DNA from: Planctomycetota bacterium
Lineage (GTDB): Bacteria; Planctomycetota; PLA2; JAEUHO01
Direction of reading: 5' to 3'
NCBI GenBank assembly: GCA_965222115.1
Contig: CBDCTJ010000007.1
Coordinates: forward strand, 160,001-224,000
DNA length: 64,000 bases
Part shown: one piece after another, positions 36,870 to 46,698 of the stretch
Position numbering within the stretch: position 1 is the stretch's first letter
Layout of the letters: the number at the start of each line of letters is the position of its first letter
The notes under the pieces: model-generated
What the model was told of the DNA's origin: nothing
What the model saw: the letters and a program-made list of their open reading frames with translations, nothing else
The model's database searches: none
Program-made: the position numbers and the translations under genes

Positions 36870-39491
36870 GTGGGGAGCAGCAGGGAATTGAAGTCCGCTC
36901 TCATCTCGGGCCGCTACCGACTTGAGTCTCAATTGGGACGTGGAAGTTTCGGCGTGGTCTGGCGTGGGCACGACGAGTTGGTGGATGAGCCCGTTGCAGT
37001 CAAGCTCATGCCGCGCGTCACTGGGGAAGACGGTGTTCGGCTTAGGGCCGAGATCTCCGCACTTCGACTCTTACAACTTCCAGGCGCCGTACGACTCATT
37101 GATGAGGGGCAAGCTGAAGATCAGACGTTCATCGTGATGGAAATCGTACCGGGCGAACCCTTCCCAAAGCACGCCTCGGGTGGTTGGGCGGAGATTGGCG
37201 ACACCGTTCTTGCGCTCCTTGAAGCCTTAGCGCGAGTCCACGCCCAGGGCATCGTGCATCAAGATCTAAAACCCGATAACGTTCTGGTTGATGACCGGGG
37301 ACGACCGACCATCTTGGACTTCGGCTTTTCGGCAGGCCGGGCGTTTCGCGCGGGACGGCAGCAAACAGTCCTGGGGACGCCACGGTATGCATCGCCCGAA
37401 CAGATTCTGAACGAAGTCGTCACGGCACGTTCCGATTTGTACTCGGTGGCATTGATGGTCTATCACGCGCTAGCGGGCACATTCCCTCATCCAGCAAGCA
37501 CGTTGTCTGAAATTATTCAATCTCGAACGCGAGACACCTCGCGTCCGTTACGCGAGCGTGCGTCCAATGTGCCGGAACATGTGGCCACCGTCATCGACGC
37601 CATGTTGCAACGTGACCCAGAGAAACGACCGCAAAGCGCAGCTGTTTGTGCCAATCAACTGCGAGGCATGACGCCTTCGGGCCAAGCCAACCCGTTGCGT
37701 GCTCTATGCAAATCGTCGACGAGCACAGACCTCTCGGAGGCTGCACTTCGCGATCTGTTCTCCGGGCCCGATCGGCTCTTTCACTTGCGTGAAGACGGCG
37801 CTCGTGAGCTCTTTCGCCGGACATTGGGCGCGCCGCAACACACGAGCAATGAGGTCGGTGCGTGGGTGCGTGCCGGCCTAGCCGAATGGAACAATGACGT
37901 GCTGGACATCGACCGCCGAGCGCTGGACCGTCTACGAGGGGGACTCCAAGTACTTGTGCCCGGGCACGTGCCAACCACCGAAACTAGTTCGCTAAATGAA
38001 GACCAGGATCGACTGCTTGGTTGGGTGACGTTGGCATGGCCGCAAGCGCGGCTCGATGTGTTGGCCGCCGCAAGCGAGCGAGCAACCTCTGAGTTGAGCA
38101 ACGATTTGGAAGATCTCGTTTCGCGTGGCGCGATTCGTCGTTTCGAGCCGGAGGGGTATCTCGCTGTGGCCTCCTCGCGCTGCCTTGAACGGTCCGACGA
38201 GCGAAGCCGCATGCATCATGCATTGGCGCGTGTGTTGCCAGCGAACCTCCCGGAAAGACTGTTTCACGTGTTGCGGAGCGGCGAGGCGCACCACGTGGCG
38301 GAGCAAGCGTGCCATTCAGCCGATTCGCTAGAGCGCTCTGGGCACCCGAGCGCCGCAGAAGTGGCGCTGGATGCAGCATTCCTCAGGCTCCGCGACGAGC
38401 CGATCGATGATCGGGCGATGCTCGCGTTATGCCAACATCGAGTTCGCGTCGCGGTGGCACAAAACGCACCCGCGGCCCTCGACCGAGCGCTCTACGCAAT
38501 GAGTCGATTGACAGGTTCAGATCCTGAAATCGAACGCTTGACCGAACTTCTGCGTGCCGCAATCGCCGCCATGCAGACGGATAGTGCCCGCGCGCTTGCC
38601 GCGCTCGATGCCGTCGGCGAGTTTGAAGACATTCAAATCGAGCTCGTTCGCCTATCGCTGCGCATGCTCGCTGCACGGTATGGGACGCTTGAGCGCGAAG
38701 ATCGAGTCCTTTCAGATATATCTGCTTCGGCGAATTTGAGAGATCCCGCCACCCATCATGCGGTGCTTTCTTGGAAGGCCCATCTTGCGTATCGACAAGG
38801 GCGATTTGAAGAATCTGCCGCACTTCATCAGCGTGTAGCAGACGGGACCAAGGGAAACGTCCGGTTGGCCGCACTTACCGCTGCGGTGTCGGCGCTGCTT
38901 GAGACGTTCCGTTTCGACGAGGCCTTTGCCCTTGCCACGCGCGCCCGTGAGCAGGCCGCCGCGCGCCGACATCCTTTGCTAGAGGGTCGTGCCACATGGC
39001 TAAGTCGTGCTGCGCTGTACCGATCGGGACAATCGTTGCAGCCTGATGTCGCGCTCGTCGATGCGATGGCTCAAGCGGCCGACCGCAGTCAGGTCGCGTT
39101 GGTGGCATTGACCGAAGCGGCCATCGCGTGGCGCGAGAGTATTCATGATGTTGGGCGTACGTTGGCCATGCGCGCGGCAGGGTTGTGGGCCACGTGTGGC
39201 ATCGACCATGGGAGTGCCCTTGCTACCGCGCTGGCGCTAGTCTGTGGTGAGCCGCGAGACGAGGTCGATGTAGGACGAATTGAGAAAGTCGCACTGCAGT
39301 GCACGATGCCGCGCATTGCTGCTCAGATCGTGGGCCTCCTCGCCGCATCGGGTGAGACCGTGCGCGATGCATGGGCCACGTCCGTGAACGCCTTCACCGA
39401 TCAATGTGCTGAAAGCACCCGCCACCACCGTGCCGACGTGATCTCCGCAAACGAATCGCGTAGCTTTCTTGGCCTTGACGTCGCGCGCTAG
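36870..39491 (+). CDS. Hanks-type Ser/Thr kinase with C-terminal helical/TPR-like region
   Basis: LGRGSFGVVW, VAVK, HQDLKPDN, DFG, GTPRYASPE, SDLYS. Confidence 0.92.
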   Translation: MGSSRELKSALISGRYRLESQLGRGSFGVVWRGHDELVDEPVAVKLMPRVTGEDGVRLRAEISALRLLQLPGAVRLIDEGQAEDQTFIVMEIVPGEPFPKHASGGWAEIGDTVLALLEALARVHAQGIVHQDLKPDNVLVDDRGRPTILDFGFSAGRAFRAGRQQTVLGTPRYASPEQILNEVVTARSDLYSVALMVYHALAGTFPHPASTLSEIIQSRTRDTSRPLRERASNVPEHVATVIDAMLQRDPEKRPQSAAVCANQLRGMTPSGQANPLRALCKSSTSTDLSEAALRDLFSGPDRLFHLREDGARELFRRTLGAPQHTSNEVGAWVRAGLAEWNNDVLDIDRRALDRLRGGLQVLVPGHVPTTETSSLNEDQDRLLGWVTLAWPQARLDVLAAASERATSELSNDLEDLVSRGAIRRFEPEGYLAVASSRCLERSDERSRMHHALARVLPANLPERLFHVLRSGEAHHVAEQACHSADSLERSGHPSAAEVALDAAFLRLRDEPIDDRAMLALCQHRVRVAVAQNAPAALDRALYAMSRLTGSDPEIERLTELLRAAIAAMQTDSARALAALDAVGEFEDIQIELVRLSLRMLAARYGTLEREDRVLSDISASANLRDPATHHAVLSWKAHLAYRQGRFEESAALHQRVADGTKGNVRLAALTAAVSALLETFRFDEAFALATRAREQAAARRHPLLEGRATWLSRAALYRSGQSLQPDVALVDAMAQAADRSQVALVALTEAAIAWRESIHDVGRTLAMRAAGLWATCGIDHGSALATALALVCGEPRDEVDVGRIEKVALQCTMPRIAAQIVGLLAASGETVRDAWATSVNAFTDQCAESTRHHRADVISANESRSFLGLDVAR

Positions 39492-39657
39492 ACACCCAGC
39501 TCCGATTCCACGTGAGACGGCCTTACAGTCAATGTGCTAAGTGAGCCGCCAAGCGCGTCGTGACAGTGCGCCCCTTGACGATCGCTCCGCCGTGGGTGGC
39601 TGGGCACAGCGAGTTGCATAGCTGAATCGTGTGAATTGGGTCCCACTCCGTATGCCT

Positions 39658-40656
39658 CTATTCACGATCCAAATCAATAGTCACTTTCGTGTGGGTGTCT
39701 ATGTAGACCGCACGCTTTCCAAAATATTGCTGTCCCTGTTCGCCGTGGGCGCGCGCTGAGAACGTCCACTCGCCAGGCCAGACTCGAACGACAGAGGAGT
39801 CCGAAACGGAACCGAGCGAAATAGCGCCACTCTTCGCAAGTATGGAGACTGACCTTCGTTGCACGGGCTGTCTTGATAAGACTACGACTCGTACAAGTAT
39901 CGGTTCTACCAGTCGTATCTGAGCGCGACCGTTGCGGGGTTCTTCGCAAATTCCAACGAGGGCACTATCGATGTCGATCCGCCCAATGCCGGAAAAGACT
40001 TCGGCGTGCGCATAGAGCTCGACCGGTTCATCAGGTACCGCGATAGAAAAGTTTCCGCTTGTGTCAATTAGAGACGAGTTTACGAATCCGCCACCGAACG
40101 CGGCGACTCGGCCTCCCCAATGCTGCCACGTCTCTTCCGGCGGAAGCACGACGCGTCCGAAAATCATCCTGCCTGGTCGAAGGGTCACTACTTGTAGGCC
40201 ACGACTAGACCTGGCATCTTGTATCCAGCCGATCTTGGTCTTACCGATCGCTTGAACAAGGATTGTGGCCCGGTGATAGCCACTTGGGAAACGGCCGCTC
40301 CACGGCTCTGGGCCGATGAGATGCTTTCTAGGTGGTGCGATTGGCAATCCTGTGTCTTGTTCTAAGAGGACTATCTCCGCCCATAATCCGGCTTGTACTC
40401 CATCAACACGAATACGAAGTACGTTAGATGTCACGTCGGCTGAGGCAGGCATCTCCCCCGGAACAACTTGCTTGTGGTCGGAGGCCTGAAGCAACGGATG
40501 GGGAGTGTGACCCAGTAAGACGGGCCGCTCGTCGTCCTCATCAGAACTCGCCATCAGCCCTGAGGCGCTGTCATCTTCATCCGCCGGGGTCTCGATACGA
40601 TCCAAAGCAATGCACGCAAGGCAAATGGTCAGGACTATGGCGAGAATCTTGCGCAA
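39658..40656 (-). CDS. Secreted/anchored hypothetical protein with Ig-like beta modules
   Basis: Signal MRKILAIVLTICLAC; IFGRVVLP, IDTSGNFSI, VWPGEWTF. Confidence 0.55.
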   Translation of the reverse strand: MRKILAIVLTICLACIALDRIETPADEDDSASGLMASSDEDDERPVLLGHTPHPLLQASDHKQVVPGEMPASADVTSNVLRIRVDGVQAGLWAEIVLLEQDTGLPIAPPRKHLIGPEPWSGRFPSGYHRATILVQAIGKTKIGWIQDARSSRGLQVVTLRPGRMIFGRVVLPPEETWQHWGGRVAAFGGGFVNSSLIDTSGNFSIAVPDEPVELYAHAEVFSGIGRIDIDSALVGICEEPRNGRAQIRLVEPILVRVVVLSRQPVQRRSVSILAKSGAISLGSVSDSSVVRVWPGEWTFSARAHGEQGQQYFGKRAVYIDTHTKVTIDLDRE

Positions 40657-40721
40657 TAGCGGTCTCCATCACTCCGCCCTTACTAGAGTGATTTGGCAGC
40701 AAGTATAGGCTACATATCTCA

Positions 40722-42077
40722 CTAACCGTTCCGACTGCGCGGTCCATACGGTGCGCTGTCGCCAGAGTGTACATCGGGCTGACGCGCTTCTCCGTCACTT
40801 ACTCTTGTGCCAGTGCCAGAACCGAATCTCGCTGGTCGATTCTGTGAAGGATTAGGCTGCAATGGTGGTCCACCCTTCGGAAACGCAGGCTCGTTGCGTT
40901 GTGCACGATTTGGAGTCCCTCTGGATGGCTGGGGCCATGAATGGAGAAGTTTTACTCCACTTGAACTGACCTCTTGAGCCCATCGAAGTTCGGCCTTCTT
41001 TCCTCCCTTACAGCCACTATATAGTCGGATGACGCCGTACAACTTTCGAGATGCCTCCTTTCCTTCGGACTTCCAAAGACTCCAAAAATTTGGACCGCCG
41101 ATTAGTGCCGGAAAATCACTGTCTGTCGTCTTAGTCAACTTAAGATCCTCGCACCCAACTGAACCGTCCGCACCAGTTCCTCCACCTGCGTCCATAGCCT
41201 CAAGGAAATTCTTCATCTCCCCTTGGGATTGCGATTTTTTTCCACTCTTGACTGGCCAACCCCCCGAGGGCGGCCTCCGCCAAGCCTCGCCAGGCTTCGC
41301 CTTAGGATCAAGGGGATTGACACGCTTGCTCAACTCTGTCCAACTCTCTTTTGGCATATATGAAGGTGATATCAAGGTGCTATATTCCCACCACTGGAAT
41401 TTGCAGGGACAGTACTTCTTGCTAGGCTTCCATCCGAACGAGATTGTTATTCGAACTTCTGACATGTGAGTTCGGCGCGGATCGTCTGGCGGGGGATTGA
41501 ACGTCCCCTTTTTTCCGCTTTTCGTAGAAGGAATCGGCTGAGGCCCAAATTTTACGTGCTCGATCCTGGCATCTTTAATAAAACAACAACAACTCCTCGT
41601 TACACCCGAGCCTGACGACGGACTGCTCGGCATGCTGGGTGCGCTGGATCCAGGTATCGGCTGCTTAGGCTCTTCGGGCTCCTCTTCATCTGGAACCGAT
41701 GTTAGGGGCCCCTTAGGCTTGGGTGGTGGCTTGGGGCTCCCAGGCAGAGTGGTGGGCGCAGGGGGGCTTGAAGGTGGAGTATTTACGCTACCTTCTTCGC
41801 AGTCAGAAAGACCGCGCACAACTGCATACTCAAATCGAGAAGGGTTTATTGAGTCACCTAGCATGCTTCCAGCGTCGGCAGTAGCCCCAACTAGTGCGGA
41901 CAACACTTCGTCGTCTGGTTCGTGGCCAACTCCTCGCCTGAAGTTATCCGCGGTCCTCATCACTCTCCAAAACGGACTCATACCAGCATCGCACGACGCT
42001 TCGCGTATGCTCCAGTTTAAAGCACGGTGCGAGTGCGTATCTGAATCTAGCCCACAAGATTGACAGCCACAAGCCAT
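40722..42077 (-). CDS. Cys- and Pro-rich hypothetical protein
   Basis: 451-aa ORF with MACGCQSCG N-terminus, Pro-rich linker, RSCCCF and YCPCKF; GGAG RBS. Confidence 0.6.
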   Translation of the reverse strand: MACGCQSCGLDSDTHSHRALNWSIREASCDAGMSPFWRVMRTADNFRRGVGHEPDDEVLSALVGATADAGSMLGDSINPSRFEYAVVRGLSDCEEGSVNTPPSSPPAPTTLPGSPKPPPKPKGPLTSVPDEEEPEEPKQPIPGSSAPSMPSSPSSGSGVTRSCCCFIKDARIEHVKFGPQPIPSTKSGKKGTFNPPPDDPRRTHMSEVRITISFGWKPSKKYCPCKFQWWEYSTLISPSYMPKESWTELSKRVNPLDPKAKPGEAWRRPPSGGWPVKSGKKSQSQGEMKNFLEAMDAGGGTGADGSVGCEDLKLTKTTDSDFPALIGGPNFWSLWKSEGKEASRKLYGVIRLYSGCKGGKKAELRWAQEVSSSGVKLLHSWPQPSRGTPNRAQRNEPAFPKGGPPLQPNPSQNRPARFGSGTGTRVSDGEARQPDVHSGDSAPYGPRSRNG

Positions 42078-42099
42078 TCGACCACTCCGTTATCATTCA

Positions 42100-42429
42100 C
42101 TAGTATGGCCGCCAGGACGGCGCCTGCATCAAGAAGTGAACGCCAGAAGACGATGAACCACCGCCAATAACATATTTGATGCGGACGATCTCCAAGAGAG
42201 CGGATAGGTCAAGTTGCTCGGTGCCCACCGCAGTAATAGATGAGAAACTCCCTAAGTCCGTCCAAGTTGTATCTTCAGAATTTCGGTGCTGTATGGTGAT
42301 ACTAAGGCTTGCACCGGTATCCACGTGGCTAACATCCGCGGAAAATGTTGCAGATAGTCCCGCTCTGGGAAACTGTGGACTATAATAGGGATTCCCGTCA
42401 AGTTTTAGCAATGTAGTTCCGACAACCAT
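42100..42429 (-). CDS. Small beta-rich hypothetical protein
   Basis: AGGAGG RBS; alternating beta-strand pattern. Confidence 0.65.
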   Translation of the reverse strand: MVVGTTLLKLDGNPYYSPQFPRAGLSATFSADVSHVDTGASLSITIQHRNSEDTTWTDLGSFSSITAVGTEQLDLSALLEIVRIKYVIGGGSSSSGVHFLMQAPSWRPY

Positions 42430-42549
42430 CTTATCCTCCTGACTCTTGTCAACTTTATTACGGCGCGCGGAATTTGAACCGCGCCCAATTCTTTTTTCTG
42501 GCCGCGAGCGCAGGCAACAACCAGAGGAGCGAACTGTTCAAGTTACTCG

Positions 42550-43176
42550 CTACGATCGTGCTTGTTCATCAGCACTCAAGCCTTGCTCTTCTACATGTCC
42601 CAAAACCGGCAAAGGGGTCAGGGTCCAAGGGTTTTTCTTCGTATTTCGCTGACCAACAACGGTGTCTAGCGGCTCTCCGGCCGATATGCGCGTAAGCATG
42701 TGGCGTGCGTCTCGAAGTATGCGCTTTGCGCGACCCGGCTTGCCAGGACGAGCGTCGCAGAGGATGTGGTCCATCTGTGCGTACGTAAGACGCTGCGCCT
42801 TCCACAGGAGTACATGACGGTATGGCGGCGGGAGACTGTCGATGAGTGAAAGTTCTTCATTGATGATCAGTTGACGACTTGGAGAGTCGCGTTTGTCTTG
42901 GTAAAGGCGCATGTGGACATTGGACTTTGGACGCCTGGCGCGCTCTCTGTAATGCTCCTGCAAACGCCGCTTGGATACGCCCGTAGTCCATGCCCCAATG
43001 GAGCACGAAACCTCGGAAAGTCGCCTACGACCCCTCCGAATGCGCAAAACGACGTCTTCTGCGAGATCGCGTTGACCTTGCTGTAGTCGCGATGCCATGT
43101 ACGCGAGCGACGTGTCATATACAATTTTGTACGCTACACCGGGATCGCGTTGCTCCAACACAAGCCATTCGCGCAT
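42550..43176 (-). CDS. Divergent ECF sigma-like protein
   Basis: DLAEDVVL, GAWTTGVSKRRLQEHYR (region 2-like); IDSLPPPYRHVLL...LTYAQM (region 4-like). Confidence 0.55.
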   Translation of the reverse strand: MREWLVLEQRDPGVAYKIVYDTSLAYMASRLQQGQRDLAEDVVLRIRRGRRRLSEVSCSIGAWTTGVSKRRLQEHYRERARRPKSNVHMRLYQDKRDSPSRQLIINEELSLIDSLPPPYRHVLLWKAQRLTYAQMDHILCDARPGKPGRAKRILRDARHMLTRISAGEPLDTVVGQRNTKKNPWTLTPLPVLGHVEEQGLSADEQARS

Positions 43177-43439
43177 GGCTAGACGATCATTCGGCCCTGA
43201 ATGTGCGGGGGGGGGGCTCTGCGACCATGGACGCTTCTTTCATTCCGAGAGGGTCATCCACCGTAGACGACAAAACGTTTCCGTCAACGGGTGCAACGAC
43301 TTGCGTTCGCAAGCGAGATATCGGAATGAGCGATTTGCATGGTGACACAGTGGTGAGTGTTTCGTGACGAGAGACGCGCACAGCGATTCGGACGTAGACT
43401 GTCGTTCAAGAGGGTCAGGAAAAGTCTTCAGATTAAGAT

Positions 43440-44414
43440 TCAGTGTTGAGGATAGAGGATCTTACACACCACACTCGCCCCATCGGCGTCGTAGCCAAGC
43501 AATACGTGCATGCCATCCAGTGACCAATCGAGCGCTTCCCAGTTGCGACCGGCGCGATACTTTTGCCAGGCTTGTTTGTAGCGCGGCATGGCTTCGAGTT
43601 TGAGCGGAGTGCCCGCCCTTTTGCCGGAGAGGTCGAAGCGTTGAATCCAGGTGTGGCTGTAGGGTGCTTTGCCGTGTTTGGAGGTTGCGCCCAAGAGAAC
43701 CGAAACGCCATCGCCGTGCCAAATGATGTCGGTGGCGCGGAAGCGTTGACCCTTGCTGGGAACGGGAATGTCGAGTTCGATCACTTTGGTGGGCTTGTTA
43801 GCTTTGCTGCCGCGAGTCCAAGGCAAGAAAAGTGCGACGCGAGCGTTGCTCCAGCCGTCTTTGCTCTGGTTGAAACCGCCTTCCCACACCACGGCCACAT
43901 CCCACATGTCGGGCCTACTTGCGGGGCGCGCCGCGACGCCTTCGATGCCGCGGTTGTGACGCTCTTTGAAGTTTTTCTTGTCGAGTACACAAACGCCACC
44001 GTCACTGTCGCGCACGGTGTGTAAGTCTTCGCTGATGGCGAATACGAGGGGCATCTTGCCGGCAGCCATGCCGATGTCGATCGATTCGCAATCAGGCATG
44101 TAGTGGGGCAGTTGCCAGATCCCGCCACTCGGCCACTGAAAGCCGTAGTCGGGTTGCTCGTCTCCTACAACAATCACGCCGGAAGGATGCGCGGCCAGAC
44201 CGCTGACTTCCTTGGGTCGATCAATGCGAATCTCGGTCACGCCGGGCGGCGGTGCGGGAAACGAAGACGTTGTTTTGGCTGGTACAGGCGCGCGTCCGCA
44301 GCCAGCGAACAGAAGCGCAGCGAGCATGAGCGCACAAAACGAATCGCGCGCGCCCGTCCAGGGAAAGACGAGCGCGCGTGAGGGCCAAGCGTGTTGTCGA
44401 TTCACCATGGGCAC
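43440..44414 (-). CDS. Hypothetical lipoprotein, probable beta-propeller
   Basis: LFAG-C lipobox; blade-like EVSGLA, CESID, GIEGVA, NWEALD. Confidence 0.6.
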   Translation of the reverse strand: MPMVNRQHAWPSRALVFPWTGARDSFCALMLAALLFAGCGRAPVPAKTTSSFPAPPPGVTEIRIDRPKEVSGLAAHPSGVIVVGDEQPDYGFQWPSGGIWQLPHYMPDCESIDIGMAAGKMPLVFAISEDLHTVRDSDGGVCVLDKKNFKERHNRGIEGVAARPASRPDMWDVAVVWEGGFNQSKDGWSNARVALFLPWTRGSKANKPTKVIELDIPVPSKGQRFRATDIIWHGDGVSVLLGATSKHGKAPYSHTWIQRFDLSGKRAGTPLKLEAMPRYKQAWQKYRAGRNWEALDWSLDGMHVLLGYDADGASVVCKILYPQH

Positions 44415-44440
44415 AGTGAATCGGACATGCTCGTTGGGTG

Positions 44441-46501
44441 CTATGGAATCCCGAGGGCCGTCTTAATGTCGGCGGTGCGGAAAACCTGAATGCGGTAGTT
44501 GCCTTGGTCGGCAATCGCTACCAGCGTGCCATCGGCATTGACGGCAACACCGTCGGCCGAGAGGAACTCGCCGGGCGCATTGCCCTGCACGCCGAACGCG
44601 CCAAGGAACGCGTAATCCTCGCCGTCATCGAAAAGGTCTTCGCTATCTGCGGCACTCAAGTCGTGAACCATGTAACGACCGTTGCGCTCGTCCGACATGT
44701 AGAGCAACTGATTCACCTTGTCGGCGGTGATGCCTTCGATGTCGTCATTGAAACGACCTGGTTGCGGAATCACGCCCACTTGCGGCTCGCCCACTTGCTC
44801 ACCCAAGTAGTCACCGGTTGAGAGTTGGAACACCTCGGCCAACGACTCGTCTTCGCTCGACGCGTAGAGCAGGTCGCGCGCCTCATCGATGGCAAGCGTC
44901 TCGGTCTTAACAAGAATCGACTCGCCGTCATCCGTGGCCTGGCACGTAAACACGTGATTGAGCTGCGACCCGTCAAACGTGAACTTGTGAATCAAGTCGG
45001 TTCCTTGGTCTGCGATGAAGATTGCGTCGTTGGAGTCAATCACCATGCCCGTGGGATCGTCGAACGTGATAGTGGGCGAGGTAAACGAACCGATGGTGGC
45101 GCGCGTGGTGGCGTTGTAGACATTGACGCGATCACCGCCGCGGTCAATTACCCACATGCGCCCCTGGCTGTCGATCTTGATGGCTTCAGGGCCTCCCTTG
45201 CCGGTCGCAGGATCAACAAATTGGCCCGCACCACTGCCGGAACCACCGACCACTCCGATGAAGGCGCCCGTCGAATCGTAGATTTGCACCCGCAAGTTAA
45301 AGACGTCGCCCGCCCAGAGATTGCCGTTTTGATCGAAGCCAAGCTCATTGGGCTCGTCAAACTCGGTGCCCGGCGCAGAACCCTGCACTCCGCCTGCGAT
45401 CCACGTAGGCGTAACAATGGGGAATACGGGAAAGTCGTACTCAGTGAATATTGACGGATCCGTGCACTTCTTCTTCAAACTGTGAACGGAGGCGCGGTAA
45501 TTGCCGTTGTCGGCAATCACGAACGTGTTGCGGCGCTTGTCGATGAAGAACTCGTCCGCGTTTTCTTGTTGGTCGGGATCAAATCCGCGCGCACCGAAGG
45601 CAGCAGCGAAGGTGCCGTCTTCTGAGAAAGCTAGGAAGCGATCACCGGATTCATCACGACCATAGACAAGCCCTTTCTTGTCTACGCCAACGCCCTCGAC
45701 CTGCTCCAAGAACTGATCGGGCCCACTCCCCTGACTACCGAAGGTGCGAATTACATCACCATCGGGACTCACCTTGATAATGCGCCCCACGTCTTTGTCG
45801 GCTACATAGATGTTGCCATCCTTGTCTGTGTCTACGGCCTTCATGCGGTCGGCTTCGATGCCCTCGACGACGCCCAACGTCGCGGTTCCATTGTCGCCAA
45901 AGGTGGTGTCAAGCGCGGTCCCAGACGGGTTGAGTACCTGAATCACTCCCTCTCGCTCGGAAACCACAATGCGACCCCACCGGTCAAGAACCAGATCTTC
46001 GGCACGCTCTGCGAAGTCTGTGAACGCAAGTTGTTCCCACGTCTGATCGCTCAATGACTCTCGGTAGAGAATGCGAACTTGGGGATCCCGGCTGCTGTCG
46101 CGATCCAAGATGTAGAGCTCGGTGTTGTCCTTCTTGTCTTTGAACGACCCCGTCGCAATCGCTTCAATATCCCCAAGCGGCCCAAGTCCGCTGGCTTCGA
46201 TATCTGCGCTTGAGATGATGTCGATCACATCGCCCGTCGTCGTGTCTGACGGATATACCTTAATGAGCCCCTGCACATCATCCACAACATAGATGTTCCC
46301 GGCGTTGTCGCCCTCAATGGTGTCTGCACCAGCGAGCTGATTATCGCCCTGGCCAAAGCCACCGACTTGAAGGAGGGGTGCAGTGTGAAAGTACTGTCCC
46401 TCGTCGAGGTAGATGAGTTCATCGTCACACTGGGATCCCAGCGCTGGGGATCCGAGCATGGCCACGGTCACAATGACAGCCGACCGAAAGAGCATTCGCA
46501 T
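44441..46501 (-). CDS. Secreted NHL-repeat (double beta-propeller) protein
   Basis: GGAGG RBS; repeats GNIYVAD, FGSQGSGPDQF, FDEPNELGFDQNGNLW, ADQGNYRIQVF. Confidence 0.88.
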   Translation of the reverse strand: MRMLFRSAVIVTVAMLGSPALGSQCDDELIYLDEGQYFHTAPLLQVGGFGQGDNQLAGADTIEGDNAGNIYVVDDVQGLIKVYPSDTTTGDVIDIISSADIEASGLGPLGDIEAIATGSFKDKKDNTELYILDRDSSRDPQVRILYRESLSDQTWEQLAFTDFAERAEDLVLDRWGRIVVSEREGVIQVLNPSGTALDTTFGDNGTATLGVVEGIEADRMKAVDTDKDGNIYVADKDVGRIIKVSPDGDVIRTFGSQGSGPDQFLEQVEGVGVDKKGLVYGRDESGDRFLAFSEDGTFAAAFGARGFDPDQQENADEFFIDKRRNTFVIADNGNYRASVHSLKKKCTDPSIFTEYDFPVFPIVTPTWIAGGVQGSAPGTEFDEPNELGFDQNGNLWAGDVFNLRVQIYDSTGAFIGVVGGSGSGAGQFVDPATGKGGPEAIKIDSQGRMWVIDRGGDRVNVYNATTRATIGSFTSPTITFDDPTGMVIDSNDAIFIADQGTDLIHKFTFDGSQLNHVFTCQATDDGESILVKTETLAIDEARDLLYASSEDESLAEVFQLSTGDYLGEQVGEPQVGVIPQPGRFNDDIEGITADKVNQLLYMSDERNGRYMVHDLSAADSEDLFDDGEDYAFLGAFGVQGNAPGEFLSADGVAVNADGTLVAIADQGNYRIQVFRTADIKTALGIP

Positions 46502-46698
46502 GGCACGCCTCCGTAAGTGTGGGCCGAACTCCCAGCCCCGAACGGGGGGAACGGGCCCTAGCCGCGAGTATGTCCGCGCGACGATTCGCAGTGCAAGCTC
46601 AGTCCGAGATCGAATGCAAAGTCGGGCGAATCTGATGTCCATTATTCTAAACACAGCGCCGCTTCACGTCAGACGCAGTCCAACACTGGGTGTGCGGG

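Noticed and set aside
39658-43176. Prophage
   Set aside because: No integrase, terminase, capsid, tail or att repeats were recognised. Only a weak resemblance in one small protein.
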